Shown here: positions 16,096 to 25,603 of the stretch, piece by piece | Numbering within the stretch: the stretch's first letter is position 1 | How the letters are laid out: each line of letters opens with the position of its first letter | IMG/VR virus record: IMGVR_UViG_3300048587_000399 | Location: 1-39,424 of that record | Origin: a virus | Length of the DNA stretch: 39,424 bases | Reading direction: 5' to 3' (one strand) | The notes under the pieces: model-generated | The model's input: the letters and a program-made list of their open reading frames with translations, nothing else | Told to the model about the DNA's origin: nothing | Databases searched by the model: none | Made by a program: the position numbers and the translations under genes

Positions 16096-17183
16096 GGCGC
16101 CACCTCCACCGTCGACTTCGTGGTGGACACATCGTGCTCGACCGCGAGGATGCGAGTCTCAACCGAGCCGAGCAGCACGACGTCGCCGACCTCGCGGAGC
16201 GGGTTCAGCGGCTCCACGACCTCGCGCGTCACGCTCTGCAGTTGCGACACCCGCGCGAGCATCGCCCGAGCCGTCGTCTGGCATTGCGTCATCGTCGTCA
16301 GGAAGTCCGACTGGTAGAAGTACGGCGCCGCGCCGAACGGGCTCGGAGTCCCATCGGCGTTGACCACCCGCAGCGGACCCTCACGCACCTCGGCGACCGC
16401 GCGCAGCGGAACGCCAGTCGGCGACTTCCCCTCGACCACGACCCGGTTGTACACGAGGTCGGCCGCGAGCACGCGAGGAGCAGCAGCGACGCCCCGGAAC
16501 TCGTCCACGGCCGCCGGCCACGCCTTCGGCCGAGCCGTGACCGCGCCAGCCGGCGTCAAGTGCGGCACCGCATCGGCGACCGCGAGCAGGTCGTCAAGCG
16601 CGTTCAGCCTGTCCTCGTCGTAAGCGAGCGACAGCGGCACCGACTCGTCCGGCACATTCCGCTCGACCGCCAGCCCCGTCAGCCGTTGCACCTCATCCCA
16701 CATCGACGTCGACTTCGGCGACTCCGGAGCCGAGAACCGGTCCCGCTGCGTCCGCCGGAACAGGTCGCGCAGCGACACCTCGATCCGGTCGCCGAGCGAG
16801 ATAGGCAGACCGCCGACCGCGCGCGTCAGCAGCGCCGCCGTCGCCGCCGGCACCGAGTCGATCACGAACCGTCCCATCGGCACCCGCTCGGACACCAGCA
16901 CGCCGGCAGACACGAACGCATCCACCTGCAGCTCCGCGCCGAACGGAGCGAACATGTCGCCCGGCGCCTCGGGGACACGCGACCGCCCGAGCTCGTCGGA
17001 CCAGACCACCGTCGCCGAGCCCGAGCCCGACACCTGCGCCGAGCCGTCCCACCGGAGCCGCGGCCGCGTCAGCGCCACGTTCTGCGCCACGATCTGCCCG
17101 TCGTACACGAGGTCGGCGACATACCAGCAGTCGCGCACCGCGGAGGAGAGCACCGCCAGCGTCTTGTCCGATGCGTCGCGCAT
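16092..17183 (-). CDS. Minor tail protein (363 aa; Tal/hub position)
   Basis: Track ORF 16092-18053. ATG 17183 is preceded by GGAGG. It is the second gene after the tape measure. Confidence 0.6.
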   Translation of the reverse strand: MRDASDKTLAVLSSAVRDCWYVADLVYDGQIVAQNVALTRPRLRWDGSAQVSGSGSATVVWSDELGRSRVPEAPGDMFAPFGAELQVDAFVSAGVLVSERVPMGRFVIDSVPAATAALLTRAVGGLPISLGDRIEVSLRDLFRRTQRDRFSAPESPKSTSMWDEVQRLTGLAVERNVPDESVPLSLAYDEDRLNALDDLLAVADAVPHLTPAGAVTARPKAWPAAVDEFRGVAAAPRVLAADLVYNRVVVEGKSPTGVPLRAVAEVREGPLRVVNADGTPSPFGAAPYFYQSDFLTTMTQCQTTARAMLARVSQLQSVTREVVEPLNPLREVGDVVLLGSVETRILAVEHDVSTTKSTVEVAP

Positions 17184-17194
17184 CACGCCTCCGA

Positions 17195-18037
17195 TCAGCC
17201 GGCCGCGCCGACGAGCCCCGAGTCCCGCAGGATGTCCGAGTACAGCGTGTACGACGCCTCGACGTCGGAGTAGTTCGGGTAGACCGCCTCGATGTCGGAG
17301 TAGCGCAGCGCGCCGGCGTTGAGCGCCGGAGCCGGCTGCTCCACCTCCGACAGCGACGCCTCGAACGTCACGTTGGAGCCCTCGCCGTCCAGCAGCATCA
17401 CGTCGTAGTCGACCTCGCGGAACCCCGCCGGGTGAGCGAACAGCAGCCGCGGCAGCCGCGACCACGCCGCCGGCGTCCGCACCAGCCACACCTGCGGCTG
17501 CGGCTGCGTGTACGTCCCGAGCGTTGCCTGCAGCCGGTCCGCGTGCGTCAGCGACTCCGGGAGGATCAGGAACGGGACACCCACGAGCCCGCCGCGCGGA
17601 CCCCACCCGACGACAGCCGGCAGCACCACGCCATCCAGCTCCATCAGCTCCGCGCGGCCGCCGCGTTCGAGCGCCGACGCCGTGCCGAGCAGCAGCGTCA
17701 CCCGCGCCCACAGCTTCGGGTCGAGCGGCTGCTGGATCACCACCCCGTCGTAGTCCACCTCGACCGTGCCGAGCACGACCGTGCCGAGCGCGACCGCACC
17801 AGCCCAGCAGACCACCTCGTAGGTGATGGGTGCCTGGAATGCCGCCTGGTAGTCCGTGAGCACCACAGTCGAGCCCACAGGGCGGTTGACGCCACCCCGC
17901 ACGTCGAAGTAGCGGCCGCCGACGACAGCGCGCAGCGTGAACGTCGTCGTGCCGCCCAGCAGGTCCGTGTCCTCGAACACGACCTCGACGCGCGGGACCG
18001 GCACGAAATCGACGTGCGGTGTCAGCGTGATCGTCAT
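17195..18037 (-). CDS. Minor tail protein (280 aa; distal tail protein position)
   Basis: Track ORF 17195-18460. ATG 18037 overlaps the tape-measure stop (ATGA) and is preceded by GGAGGAG. Confidence 0.6.
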   Translation of the reverse strand: MTITLTPHVDFVPVPRVEVVFEDTDLLGGTTTFTLRAVVGGRYFDVRGGVNRPVGSTVVLTDYQAAFQAPITYEVVCWAGAVALGTVVLGTVEVDYDGVVIQQPLDPKLWARVTLLLGTASALERGGRAELMELDGVVLPAVVGWGPRGGLVGVPFLILPESLTHADRLQATLGTYTQPQPQVWLVRTPAAWSRLPRLLFAHPAGFREVDYDVMLLDGEGSNVTFEASLSEVEQPAPALNAGALRYSDIEAVYPNYSDVEASYTLYSDILRDSGLVGAAG

Positions 18038-19932
18038 GCCCCACTCCTCCCACCGGCAGCGAGCCGCGTCGCCGACCGAGCCGACGCGTCCTCGACCACC
18101 GCGCCGGCCTCGCGCCGGACGTAGGCCTTCAGCCGCGTTCCATCTTCGAGCACGAGGTACATCACCTGCCCGTCGCCGCCGCCAGCGAGCCCCTCGCGGA
18201 GCGCCTGGTTCAGCAGCCCCGTGTCGACCACCGACTCCGCCCGGCCGGCCTCGGCGAGCACCGCGAGCGTGCCTCCCCGACGTGGCAGCACCGTCGCGCC
18301 CTCGGCGAGGTGCGGCAGCAGACCGAAGTTCACGTCGACCGCGCCGCCCGTGATGTCCGACACGAAATTGCCCACCTCGTTGAGCCCGCGCAGGAACCCG
18401 TTGATGAGGTCGATGATGAAGTTCACGACTGCCTTGAACCCGGTCCCGATGCCCTTCCACAGCCCCTCGAAGAAGTCGCCGAGCCCGGAGAACACCGCCT
18501 TGAAGATGTCGCCGAGCTTGAGCACCACGGGGATGAGCACACCCTGGATGAATGGCACCACGATGTTCTTTACCAGCCAGGTGATGACGGACGCCAGCAG
18601 CTTTACCAGCCCGATCACGATGTCGAGGATCGGCACCAGGATCGCGCCGAGCGCCTCCGCGATCACCTCAAGGATCGGAGCCAGCGCCTCGACCAGCGCC
18701 GAGATGAGCGGCATGAACGCCCCGAGCACCGCGACCACCACGGGGATCAGCGCCGAGATGACCGGCAGCAGCGCGTCGATCAGTGTCATCACCACGGGGA
18801 GGAGCGCCACCAGCAGGTCCGCGAACACGTCCACGATCAGCAGCACGATGGGCAGCAGCATCGGCAGCACCTGAGCCGCGAGCGAGCCGAACAGCCCCAC
18901 GACCTCGGCGAGCACCGGCAGCAGTACCGGCAGCACCTGCGAGAACGCATCGCCGAGCACCGACGCGATCTGTGCCAGCATGTCCGCGATCATCGGGAGG
19001 ATCGGCTGCAGCACCTTGAAGATGATGCCGAGCGGCGACAGGTAGCCCGCCAGCTCCGCGAGCCCGCCGACATCGAGCGACGAGAACAGCGACCCGAGCG
19101 ATTCGAGCGCCGGACCGATCACCCCAGCGATCCACTCCGCACCGGCCTGCAGCGACGGCATCACGTTGTCCAGGAACGCCGTCTGGAACCCGACAATCGC
19201 CGGCAGCAGCGCCCCGCCGATGGTCTCCTGGATTTCGCCGAATGCGTTCTTCATCCGCTCGGCCGTGCCGGCAGCGGTCACGCCCTCCTTCGTGGCGAAC
19301 CCGCCGACCTGGGACGTGAGCCCCGCCATGACCTGATCGAAGTTGGCTGCGACGGAGCCCGCGTCCTCGAAGTCGATACCCACCGACTTGAGCGCCCGCC
19401 CCTGCCCGAGCATCGCCTTGCCGAGGTCGCTCGCGGCCGCCGTCACGTCCTTGCCCGTGCGCGCCGCGTAGTCGGCGAGCAGCGGAGTCAGCTTCGTCAG
19501 TTGCTCGCCCGTCAGCCCGTACTGCGCGAGCGTGGCCTGCCCGGACGCGAGCGCGTCGTCATCGAACCGCGTCTTACGCATCAGCTCGTTGTTCAGCTCG
19601 CGCAGCGACTCGATAGACACCGACGCGACCGCCGGGAACTTCTCATAGGCGGTCGAGAGTTGGAGCTGCGCCGTCTGCGCCTCCTTCGCCGCGTCCACCG
19701 ACGAGTTGAGGTAGCCCACCAGCCCGGCGATAGCGAGCCCGACGCCCGCGGCAGCGATGCCGGCGACAGCAGCACCGCCGAGCGCACCGCCGAACCGCCT
19801 CCCGGACTTCTTGCCACCCTCATCGACCGCCCGACGAGCGCCAGGACTGTCGAGCGCCGACGCGATGTCCTTCTCGACACCCGGCATCTTCGCGTACACC
19901 GCGACATACGCATCCGCGACCTCAGTGGACAC
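18034..19932 (-). CDS. Tape measure protein
   Basis: 632 aa, Ala/Gly/Leu-rich with long helical and hydrophobic repeats. It lies directly downstream of the frameshifted chaperone pair. Confidence 0.85.
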   Translation of the reverse strand: MSTEVADAYVAVYAKMPGVEKDIASALDSPGARRAVDEGGKKSGRRFGGALGGAAVAGIAAAGVGLAIAGLVGYLNSSVDAAKEAQTAQLQLSTAYEKFPAVASVSIESLRELNNELMRKTRFDDDALASGQATLAQYGLTGEQLTKLTPLLADYAARTGKDVTAAASDLGKAMLGQGRALKSVGIDFEDAGSVAANFDQVMAGLTSQVGGFATKEGVTAAGTAERMKNAFGEIQETIGGALLPAIVGFQTAFLDNVMPSLQAGAEWIAGVIGPALESLGSLFSSLDVGGLAELAGYLSPLGIIFKVLQPILPMIADMLAQIASVLGDAFSQVLPVLLPVLAEVVGLFGSLAAQVLPMLLPIVLLIVDVFADLLVALLPVVMTLIDALLPVISALIPVVVAVLGAFMPLISALVEALAPILEVIAEALGAILVPILDIVIGLVKLLASVITWLVKNIVVPFIQGVLIPVVLKLGDIFKAVFSGLGDFFEGLWKGIGTGFKAVVNFIIDLINGFLRGLNEVGNFVSDITGGAVDVNFGLLPHLAEGATVLPRRGGTLAVLAEAGRAESVVDTGLLNQALREGLAGGGDGQVMYLVLEDGTRLKAYVRREAGAVVEDASARSATRLAAGGRSGA

Positions 19933-19959
19933 CCGCTCACCCCCTCGACGTTCGACACC

Positions 19960-20364
19960 CTACTCGGGAGCAGCGGCCGCAGCGCGCAGCGCCTGACGAC
20001 GAGCCCACGCGGAGCCCTTCGCGGCCGCGCGCGCAGCGACCTCATCCACCTCGCCCTTGAACCGCAGCGGAGCAGGCGGAGCGGGCGGGTTGCGCCCGTC
20101 CTTGGCATCCTTCGTGTTCTGCCACGCGAGCACCCGCAGCCGATAGTCGATCCAGCGGAGCAGCTCCGCCTCCATCGTCACCGACGCCGGCCCACCCATC
20201 GACTGCCACAGCGGACACCCGGCCGGCAGCCACATCACATGATCCGCGAGCTCCCCCAGCGGCATGCCCGGCGCCGCGATGTCGATGCCGTAGCTCGTCC
20301 TCATCGACACGCGCAGCGCCGGCCGATGCCGCACCCACGCCTCGATGAGGATCAGGATTTTGGG
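19960..20364 (-). CDS. Tail assembly chaperone, -1 frame extension (gpT-like part of the G-T fusion)
   Basis: Track ORF 19960-20334 is in the -1 frame relative to 20352-20711 and is open back to the slippery site. Confidence 0.7.
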   Translation of the reverse strand, partial: PKILILIEAWVRHRPALRVSMRTSYGIDIAAPGMPLGELADHVMWLPAGCPLWQSMGGPASVTMEAELLRWIDYRLRVLAWQNTKDAKDGRNPPAPPAPLRFKGEVDEVAARAAAKGSAWARRQALRAAAAAPE

Positions 20365-20711
20365 TTCAGCGCACCGAACAGCGCCTTGAAGAACTCCACG
20401 CCCGCGCCGATGGACACCCGCCCGGAGCCCTCGTCGCGCAGCACGTCCATCACCCGCTCGTACCCGGCCTCGCCGACGGCCGTGCGGATCACACCAGGCA
20501 CGAGCGCCGGGTTCACTTCCTCCTCCATGCGCCCGAGCTTGTCGAGCAGCTCAAAGTCATCGAGCGCCTCCACCAGCACGTCGACCACGAACGGCTCGCC
20601 CTTCGCGTCCGTGTACTGCGGCAGCGTCACGCGCCGGTCCCCGTTCTCGAGCACCAGCACCTTCGGCTTCTTCGGCTTCTTCGGCTGGCGGTCCTGCGGC
20701 TTCGTTCCCAC
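20352..20711 (-). CDS. Tail assembly chaperone (gpG-like)
   Basis: 119 aa. It lies between the major tail and tape measure genes. AAGGAG precedes GTG 20711. Confidence 0.75.
   Translation of the reverse strand: MGTKPQDRQPKKPKKPKVLVLENGDRRVTLPQYTDAKGEPFVVDVLVEALDDFELLDKLGRMEEEVNPALVPGVIRTAVGEAGYERVMDVLRDEGSGRVSIGAGVEFFKALFGALNPKS
20358..20364 (-). promoter_or_regulatory. -1 programmed frameshift slippery heptamer C CCA AAA
   Basis: The minus strand reads aaC CCA AAA tcc tga. The X XXY YYZ pattern is in the zero frame, 2 codons before the gpG stop. Confidence 0.75.
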
Positions 20712-20751
20712 GATCTGGCTCCTTCATTGGCTCTGGCTCGTTGGGGGAAGA

Positions 20752-20788
20752 GGGGGTGCGGAGCCGAGCCAGGTAGCCCCGCACCCCC
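20752..20788 (-). terminator. Hairpin (10-bp stem gggggtgcgg/ccgcaccccc, 17-nt loop) after the major tail gene
   Basis: Inverted repeat read directly. It lies 7 nt downstream of the stop at 20795 and is followed by TCTTCCCCC. Confidence 0.55.
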
Positions 20789-20794
20789 CGTCGA

Positions 20795-21610
20795 TCAGGA
20801 GACAGCCGCCGTCGGAGCGGTGCCGCCCGTGAGCGCGTGCGTCGCGGAGAGCACGCCGGCGGTCGGCAGCGTGATCGTCCACGGACCCGTGCCCGAGCCG
20901 GTGATCCCGGAGATGCCCGACACGCCCGACAGCGCGTTGAGCGCCGCGAGGATCGCCGCGAGGTTCGCGTTGTACGCGAGCGGAGCCGTCGGGATGCCGT
21001 TGAGCCAGAGCGTGTACACGCCGCCCGTCGGCGAGCCCGTCAGCGTCAGCGTCCACCCGGTCTTGGCAGCGGCCGCGTTCGAGTAGGTGTCGTAGTCCGC
21101 CGTCACCTCAGCGAGGAACGGAAACGCCGAGATGTCGTTGTTCACGAGCACCCGGTCGCCGTCCGGCACGACCTCGAACCGCGGGAACACCCACCGCTCC
21201 TTGATCGTGATGTCGTCCGCGTCGAAGATGTCGAGCACCGCGGAGCGCAGCGACACCCGCTGGCCCGGCGAGCGCACCGCCTTGCGGACACCCGACGTGA
21301 CCGCCGCCGACTTCTCGTAGTAGCGCAGCGCGAGCGTCTGCGGCTTCGATTCCAGCGCCAGGAACTTGATCTGCGTTCCCGGCGTCTCGATCCGCGTCCG
21401 CACCACCCGCTGGCCCTGGTGCCCGCGCAGCTCCGTCTTGGAGCCGGTCGGCGTTTCCGTGATGCCGTCGGAGTGCAGCCAGCCGATGTCCTCGAACGCG
21501 CCGTCAAGCGCGCCGTTGATGTCGGTCGGCAGCGCCGTGCCATACGGCGCCAGGTGCAGCGAATCGTTGTCCGACCCGAACACACGAGCCAGAGCAGCAT
21601 TCTGCGTCAT
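20795..21610 (-). CDS. Major tail protein
   Basis: 271 aa. It lies upstream of the chaperone pair, and a terminator-like hairpin follows it. Confidence 0.75.
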   Translation of the reverse strand: MTQNAALARVFGSDNDSLHLAPYGTALPTDINGALDGAFEDIGWLHSDGITETPTGSKTELRGHQGQRVVRTRIETPGTQIKFLALESKPQTLALRYYEKSAAVTSGVRKAVRSPGQRVSLRSAVLDIFDADDITIKERWVFPRFEVVPDGDRVLVNNDISAFPFLAEVTADYDTYSNAAAAKTGWTLTLTGSPTGGVYTLWLNGIPTAPLAYNANLAAILAALNALSGVSGISGITGSGTGPWTITLPTAGVLSATHALTGGTAPTAAVS

Positions 21611-21671
21611 GAGAATGATCCCTTTCGATTGAGCCCGAGCCGGGCGGTTGACTGCGAGCGGTTGCCCACAG

Positions 21672-22046
21672 TCATGACCTCGCTCTCAGCACCGCCGAGA
21701 ACGAGAACGTATAGCGAGTCGACTCCGTATCCGGATCCGGGTCGTAGTACACCGCGCCGACCTCCTCGACGCGCCGAACAGGAGCGAGCGACACCGACGA
21801 GCGCAGGATACGACCACGCGCCCAGCCGGCGAGCGCCGACGCACCCGCAGAGTCATCGGCATCCCACGCCGACACCGTGAGGATCGGCTGATCCAGGATC
21901 CGGTTGAGCGCGAACCCGCCCGAGCGCCACACCCGCAGCATCCGCGCCGGCCGCGCCGCCGGCACCTGCACCACCACCGCCGCGCCGCCCGGCGGAGCCT
22001 GCTCGATCAGCCAGTCGCGGTACAGCGACTCACAGTCCGGGAACAT
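21672..22046 (-). CDS. Tail terminator-like protein
   Basis: 124 aa, the last gene of the head-tail connector set. Confidence 0.55.
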   Translation of the reverse strand: MFPDCESLYRDWLIEQAPPGGAAVVVQVPAARPARMLRVWRSGGFALNRILDQPILTVSAWDADDSAGASALAGWARGRILRSSVSLAPVRRVEEVGAVYYDPDPDTESTRYTFSFSAVLRARS

Positions 22047-22291
22047 CAGCGCATCGCCCCGAGCACGCGCACGAGCACCTTCTCGCGCGCCTCACGCAGC
22101 CGGCCCTCCGCGCTTGACGTCTGCACGAACGCGCGCGCTGTGAACGGGTGCGGCTTGACCACCGCCTCGAACCCCTCGCCGGCAGCGGCCGCGCCCTTCT
22201 GCGCCGCTTCGGCGACCGCAGCCTGGACCGGAGCGGAGCGGAGCACCTTCGAGATGCCCTCCATCTTGAGCCTCACGCGCGTCACAGCCAT
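22046..22291 (-). CDS. Neck/tail-completion protein (HK97 gp10-like position, 81 aa)
   Basis: Track ORF 22046-22519. ATG 22291 is preceded by AAGGGGTGAGGG. Confidence 0.5.
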   Translation of the reverse strand: MAVTRVRLKMEGISKVLRSAPVQAAVAEAAQKGAAAAGEGFEAVVKPHPFTARAFVQTSSAEGRLREAREKVLVRVLGAMR

Positions 22292-22296
22292 AGCCC

Positions 22297-22638
22297 TCAC
22301 CCCTTCACGAGCCGCAGCCGCAGCCGCGTGTGCGACACCGCCGAGATAGGACCCGGCACGCGGACCACCCCGCCGTCGATCTGGTACTCCACCCCGTCGA
22401 CCAGCACCCGGTCCGTCTCCTCGACATCCGCGCCGAACGGACCCCGAGCCGTCCACCGCAGCACCACGCCCGGACGGCCTTCCCCGTCCTCGGACGTGTC
22501 GCCAGCATCCAGAGCCCACCCCGTCAGCGGCGTGTCGACCGCCTCAGCCCAGATCCGCACCGGCACGCCCTGAGAGTTGCTCTGCGCGGCCGCACGGCGC
22601 CTCACGAGCGTGTGTCGCGCCACAGGCGAGCCGATCAC
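22297..22638 (-). CDS. Head closure / head-tail adaptor protein (113 aa)
   Basis: Track ORF 22297-23037. GTG 22638 overlaps the upstream stop (GTGA). Confidence 0.55.
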   Translation of the reverse strand: MIGSPVARHTLVRRRAAAQSNSQGVPVRIWAEAVDTPLTGWALDAGDTSEDGEGRPGVVLRWTARGPFGADVEETDRVLVDGVEYQIDGGVVRVPGPISAVSHTRLRLRLVKG

Positions 22639-23159
22639 GGGATCCACCCGATTCGGTACGCAGCGAGCCGCACGCGGTCCTCGGCCGTCAGCCCACCGCC
22701 GGAGCGGGCGAACGACACCGACACGCCGCCGGCCGACGCCGAGCGCACGCCGAGCGCGACGCCGAGCGCGCCCGCAGCCAGCTCGCACGTCAACGCCTTC
22801 ACGTCCTCCGGCACCGTGGCATAGCCCGCGGAGAACACGACCTCGACCACCCGCGCATACAGGTTCGTTTCGCCTGTCAGCTTGTCGAACTCCACGAACC
22901 CGAGGTCGGTGTCGACGCCGTTGAGGGACACCGACGTCACCTCGGTGATCTGCGTTGCCGGCAGGAACACCACCGATGGGAGCCGCGACGTGCGCTCGTA
23001 CGACAACTCCTGGACCGGAGCGATATGCCAGCCGCACTCGTTCTGGATCGCGCGCGCGGCCGCGTCAAGTTCCTTCTGCAGGAACGGGTGGGAGGTCGCG
23101 GTGATCTGCCCCTGGGACAGCTCCTCGACGTCCGACACACTGGCGAACGCGTTACTCAT
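22635..23159 (-). CDS. Head-tail connector (gp6-like)
   Basis: 174 aa. The N-terminus ASVSDVEELSQGQI..L..A..AI..ECGW is typical of gp6-like connector proteins. GGGGAGG precedes the ATG. Confidence 0.6.
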   Translation of the reverse strand: MSNAFASVSDVEELSQGQITATSHPFLQKELDAAARAIQNECGWHIAPVQELSYERTSRLPSVVFLPATQITEVTSVSLNGVDTDLGFVEFDKLTGETNLYARVVEVVFSAGYATVPEDVKALTCELAAGALGVALGVRSASAGGVSVSFARSGGGLTAEDRVRLAAYRIGWIP

Positions 23160-23178
23160 CGCACGACCTCCCCACAGT

Positions 23179-23403
23179 TCACTTGCTCGGCGCCGCGGCC
23201 GGAGCCGCAGCCTTGGTCGACGGCTTCGACGCCGCCGCCTTGTTCGACGGCTTCGCGGCCGCCTTCCGGGACGACACCTTGTCGGCGTCGGTCAGCCCGC
23301 GCGCCTTCGCGTCGTCGGGAGACAGCAGCATCTCCGTCACGGACGACCCCCGGCGGTTGCCCACCGTCACGGCGTACCGGTCCAGCTTCTTCGAATCGCT
23401 CAT
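23179..23403 (-). CDS. Small Lys/Ala-rich protein (74 aa) downstream of the capsid gene
   Basis: Track ORF with the basic tail KAAAKPSNKAAASKPSTKAAAPAAAPSK. Confidence 0.5.
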   Translation of the reverse strand: MSDSKKLDRYAVTVGNRRGSSVTEMLLSPDDAKARGLTDADKVSSRKAAAKPSNKAAASKPSTKAAAPAAAPSK

Positions 23404-23445
23404 GGCTTTCAGCCCTTCCTGGTTGTTGAGCGGGTACAGCAGCGC

Positions 23446-23485
23446 CGGCGGTGGAGCCCGAGCGCGAGCCCGAGCCCCACCGCCG
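23446..23485 (-). terminator. Hairpin (9-bp stem, 22-nt loop) after the major capsid gene
   Basis: cggcggtgg / ccaccgccg read directly. The large loop makes this a weak call. Confidence 0.3.
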
Positions 23486-23490
23486 TCACC

Positions 23491-24828
23491 TCACGGCGTG
23501 AGGTCGAGCGTGACGAACGCGGCCGGGCGGGTGACGCCGAACGCCAGCCGCTCCTCCGCGAGGATCGCCACGAGGTTGCGGATGAAGAAGTCCGCGTGCG
23601 AGTCGGTCGCGGTGATGTTCGCCTGCTCCCGATCCCAGATGACCGCCTTGCGGAAGTCACCCACGAGCCCGACCCCGGCCGCGATTGCCTCGGACTCGAC
23701 CACCGGCAGACCGTGCAGCGTCGGAACGCTGCCAGCCACCGCCTCGTTGTTCGGGTTCTTGGCGAGCCGCGCGAGCTGAATCTTCTCCCAGTCCGCCGGG
23801 TTGAACAGGTAGCCCGTCGCCGTCGCACGCCCCACGGTCTTGACCTTCGTCTTGCCCTTGAGCGCCGTCTCGATCAGCGGGTCGAGCCCCGCGCCAGAGT
23901 ACGCGTTCGCGTACGCCTGCGCCTGGATGCCCGACGTGTTCAGGATGCCCTGCAGGTTCTCGCCGGAGCCGGAGCCGTTGAGGATCTGGTCCTCCTCCTC
24001 CTCCGCGAGGTCGTCGCGCAGCTCCTGGTCGATCAGACCGCGGAGCTGAGCAGCGTCAGCGAGTCCCCGCTTGGTGGCGGGGATCCACTCGGCGATGGTC
24101 CGCACCGTGGCAGTCTCCACCGCGTAGGCGATGGAGCCCTCGGGCTTGTACCCGCCGCCGGCGTTGAGGATCAGCGGACCCGTCGTCTGGTTCTGCGTCG
24201 GAGCAGCAGCCGACGTCGCCTCAGCCACCGGAGCGGCCGCCGACGTCTGCGTGGTCTGCTTCACGAACTCCACCGTGTCGGAGGACGTCTGGCGCACCGA
24301 CACGAGGTCGCGCAGCGTCAGCGGTCGACGCCCGAGCCCTTCGTAGATGTCCGTCCGCTCGCTGACGACGAACGCGCCACCCGACGTGGACGACGCACCC
24401 GTGACAACGGCCTTCGCGCCCTGGGGTCCGAAGAATCCCTTGAGCCCGAGCGGAGCGGACGAGATGCGAGCCTCCCGCGGGATGACACCCGACGGGTACT
24501 GCTCCATCAGCGACTTGTACCCCTGCGACTCGACGTACATCTCGCCGATGGTCTTGAGCCGCGGCCGTTCGTAGTTGACCGGCTCGCGCTTCTCGCCCTC
24601 CGGAGCGGCCTCGAGCCCGAGCTCCGACCCGAGCGCGGCGATGGTCGCCTTCACGGCGTCCGATCCCGACTGCTCGGAGAGCTGCGCCTTGAGCGCCTGG
24701 TAGGACTTGAGGTGCGTGCCGGCCTCGGCGACCTCATCGGGCGTGAGGTCGCGGTTCTCGGCCTCCGCCTTCGCTGCGATGTCGCGCGCCGCCTTGAGCG
24801 CCGCCGCCATCTGCTCCTTGATGTTCAT
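23491..24828 (-). CDS. Major capsid protein, HK97 fold, with an N-terminal delta-like coiled coil
   Basis: 445 aa. It lies directly downstream of the prohead protease, and the N-terminal 100 aa are Ala/Lys/Glu-rich and helical. Confidence 0.85.
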   Translation of the reverse strand: MNIKEQMAAALKAARDIAAKAEAENRDLTPDEVAEAGTHLKSYQALKAQLSEQSGSDAVKATIAALGSELGLEAAPEGEKREPVNYERPRLKTIGEMYVESQGYKSLMEQYPSGVIPREARISSAPLGLKGFFGPQGAKAVVTGASSTSGGAFVVSERTDIYEGLGRRPLTLRDLVSVRQTSSDTVEFVKQTTQTSAAAPVAEATSAAAPTQNQTTGPLILNAGGGYKPEGSIAYAVETATVRTIAEWIPATKRGLADAAQLRGLIDQELRDDLAEEEEDQILNGSGSGENLQGILNTSGIQAQAYANAYSGAGLDPLIETALKGKTKVKTVGRATATGYLFNPADWEKIQLARLAKNPNNEAVAGSVPTLHGLPVVESEAIAAGVGLVGDFRKAVIWDREQANITATDSHADFFIRNLVAILAEERLAFGVTRPAAFVTLDLTP

Positions 24829-24846
24829 GCTGAATGGTTCCTCTCG

Positions 24847-25602
24847 TTAGATCAGCATTTCGGACTCGGCCGTTGCCAGGTCCAGGGACAGACGGAGCCG
24901 GGCGGTCGTCAACGGCGTGGCCTCATCGGACTTGCCCGCAGCGGGGTCGTCGTCCTTGGACGGTTCCGTGACGCTGGCCTTGGAGCCCTCGTCTTCGGGG
25001 GTGAGCGCCGACAGCACGCGACCGATGGAGTCGTATGCCGCCCGCAGCTCACTCTCGTTCTTTGCCGACAGTACCCTGCCGGACTTCACATCACGGAGAA
25101 GGAGCCGCGACGCGTCCTTCACCATGAGCACTTCGGTGCGCGAGTTCGCGCCGTAGGGAACGACCGACACCTCGTGCAGGTCGACGTCGAACACCTCGTT
25201 GATGTCCTCCCCGTCGAGCTTCCCGCGGCCGGACTTCACATAGTCGAACGCGAACGACATCTGGTCGATCCGGCGCCCCTTGAGCATCCGGTAGACCTGC
25301 GACGCCTTCGGGTTCTCGAGGTCCAGCACGTTCTCCGTCAGGAGCCCGTGGTCGTCCTCCTCGGCGGAGCGCACGAACCCGAGGTTGGAGAACGGGTCGT
25401 GCGTGTCGTGACCCCAGAGCAGCGGAATCTCGCCGGCGCGCTCAGCCCACTCCTTGAGCGTGCGCTCGAACGACCCCTTTCGCATCACGTCGCCCCACGA
25501 GTCGACATTGTCGAACACCGATGCGTAGGCCGTGAACACCCCCTCTTCGAGGTCGTCCTCCGGCCCGGCCTTGATGTTCTTGAGCAGAACAGAACGGTAC
25601 AT
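24847..25602 (-). CDS. HK97-family prohead (capsid maturation) protease
   Basis: Track ORF 24847-25710. ATG 25602 is preceded by GAGGAGG. It has YASVFDNVDSWGDVMRKGSF and LWGHD, typical of Peptidase_S78/U35. Confidence 0.8.
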   Translation of the reverse strand: MYRSVLLKNIKAGPEDDLEEGVFTAYASVFDNVDSWGDVMRKGSFERTLKEWAERAGEIPLLWGHDTHDPFSNLGFVRSAEEDDHGLLTENVLDLENPKASQVYRMLKGRRIDQMSFAFDYVKSGRGKLDGEDINEVFDVDLHEVSVVPYGANSRTEVLMVKDASRLLLRDVKSGRVLSAKNESELRAAYDSIGRVLSALTPEDEGSKASVTEPSKDDDPAAGKSDEATPLTTARLRLSLDLATAESEMLI

Positions 25603-25603
25603 C

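Noticed and set aside
13846-18460. N-terminal extensions of track ORFs 13846-15018, 16092-18053, 17195-18460 and 13514-14080, taken at face value as large overlapping genes.
   Set aside because: The extensions are Arg/Gly-rich and fully overlap upstream genes in another frame. Internal starts with SD sequences or 4-nt coupling (14559, 17183, 18037, 13849) give non-overlapping, sensible proteins.
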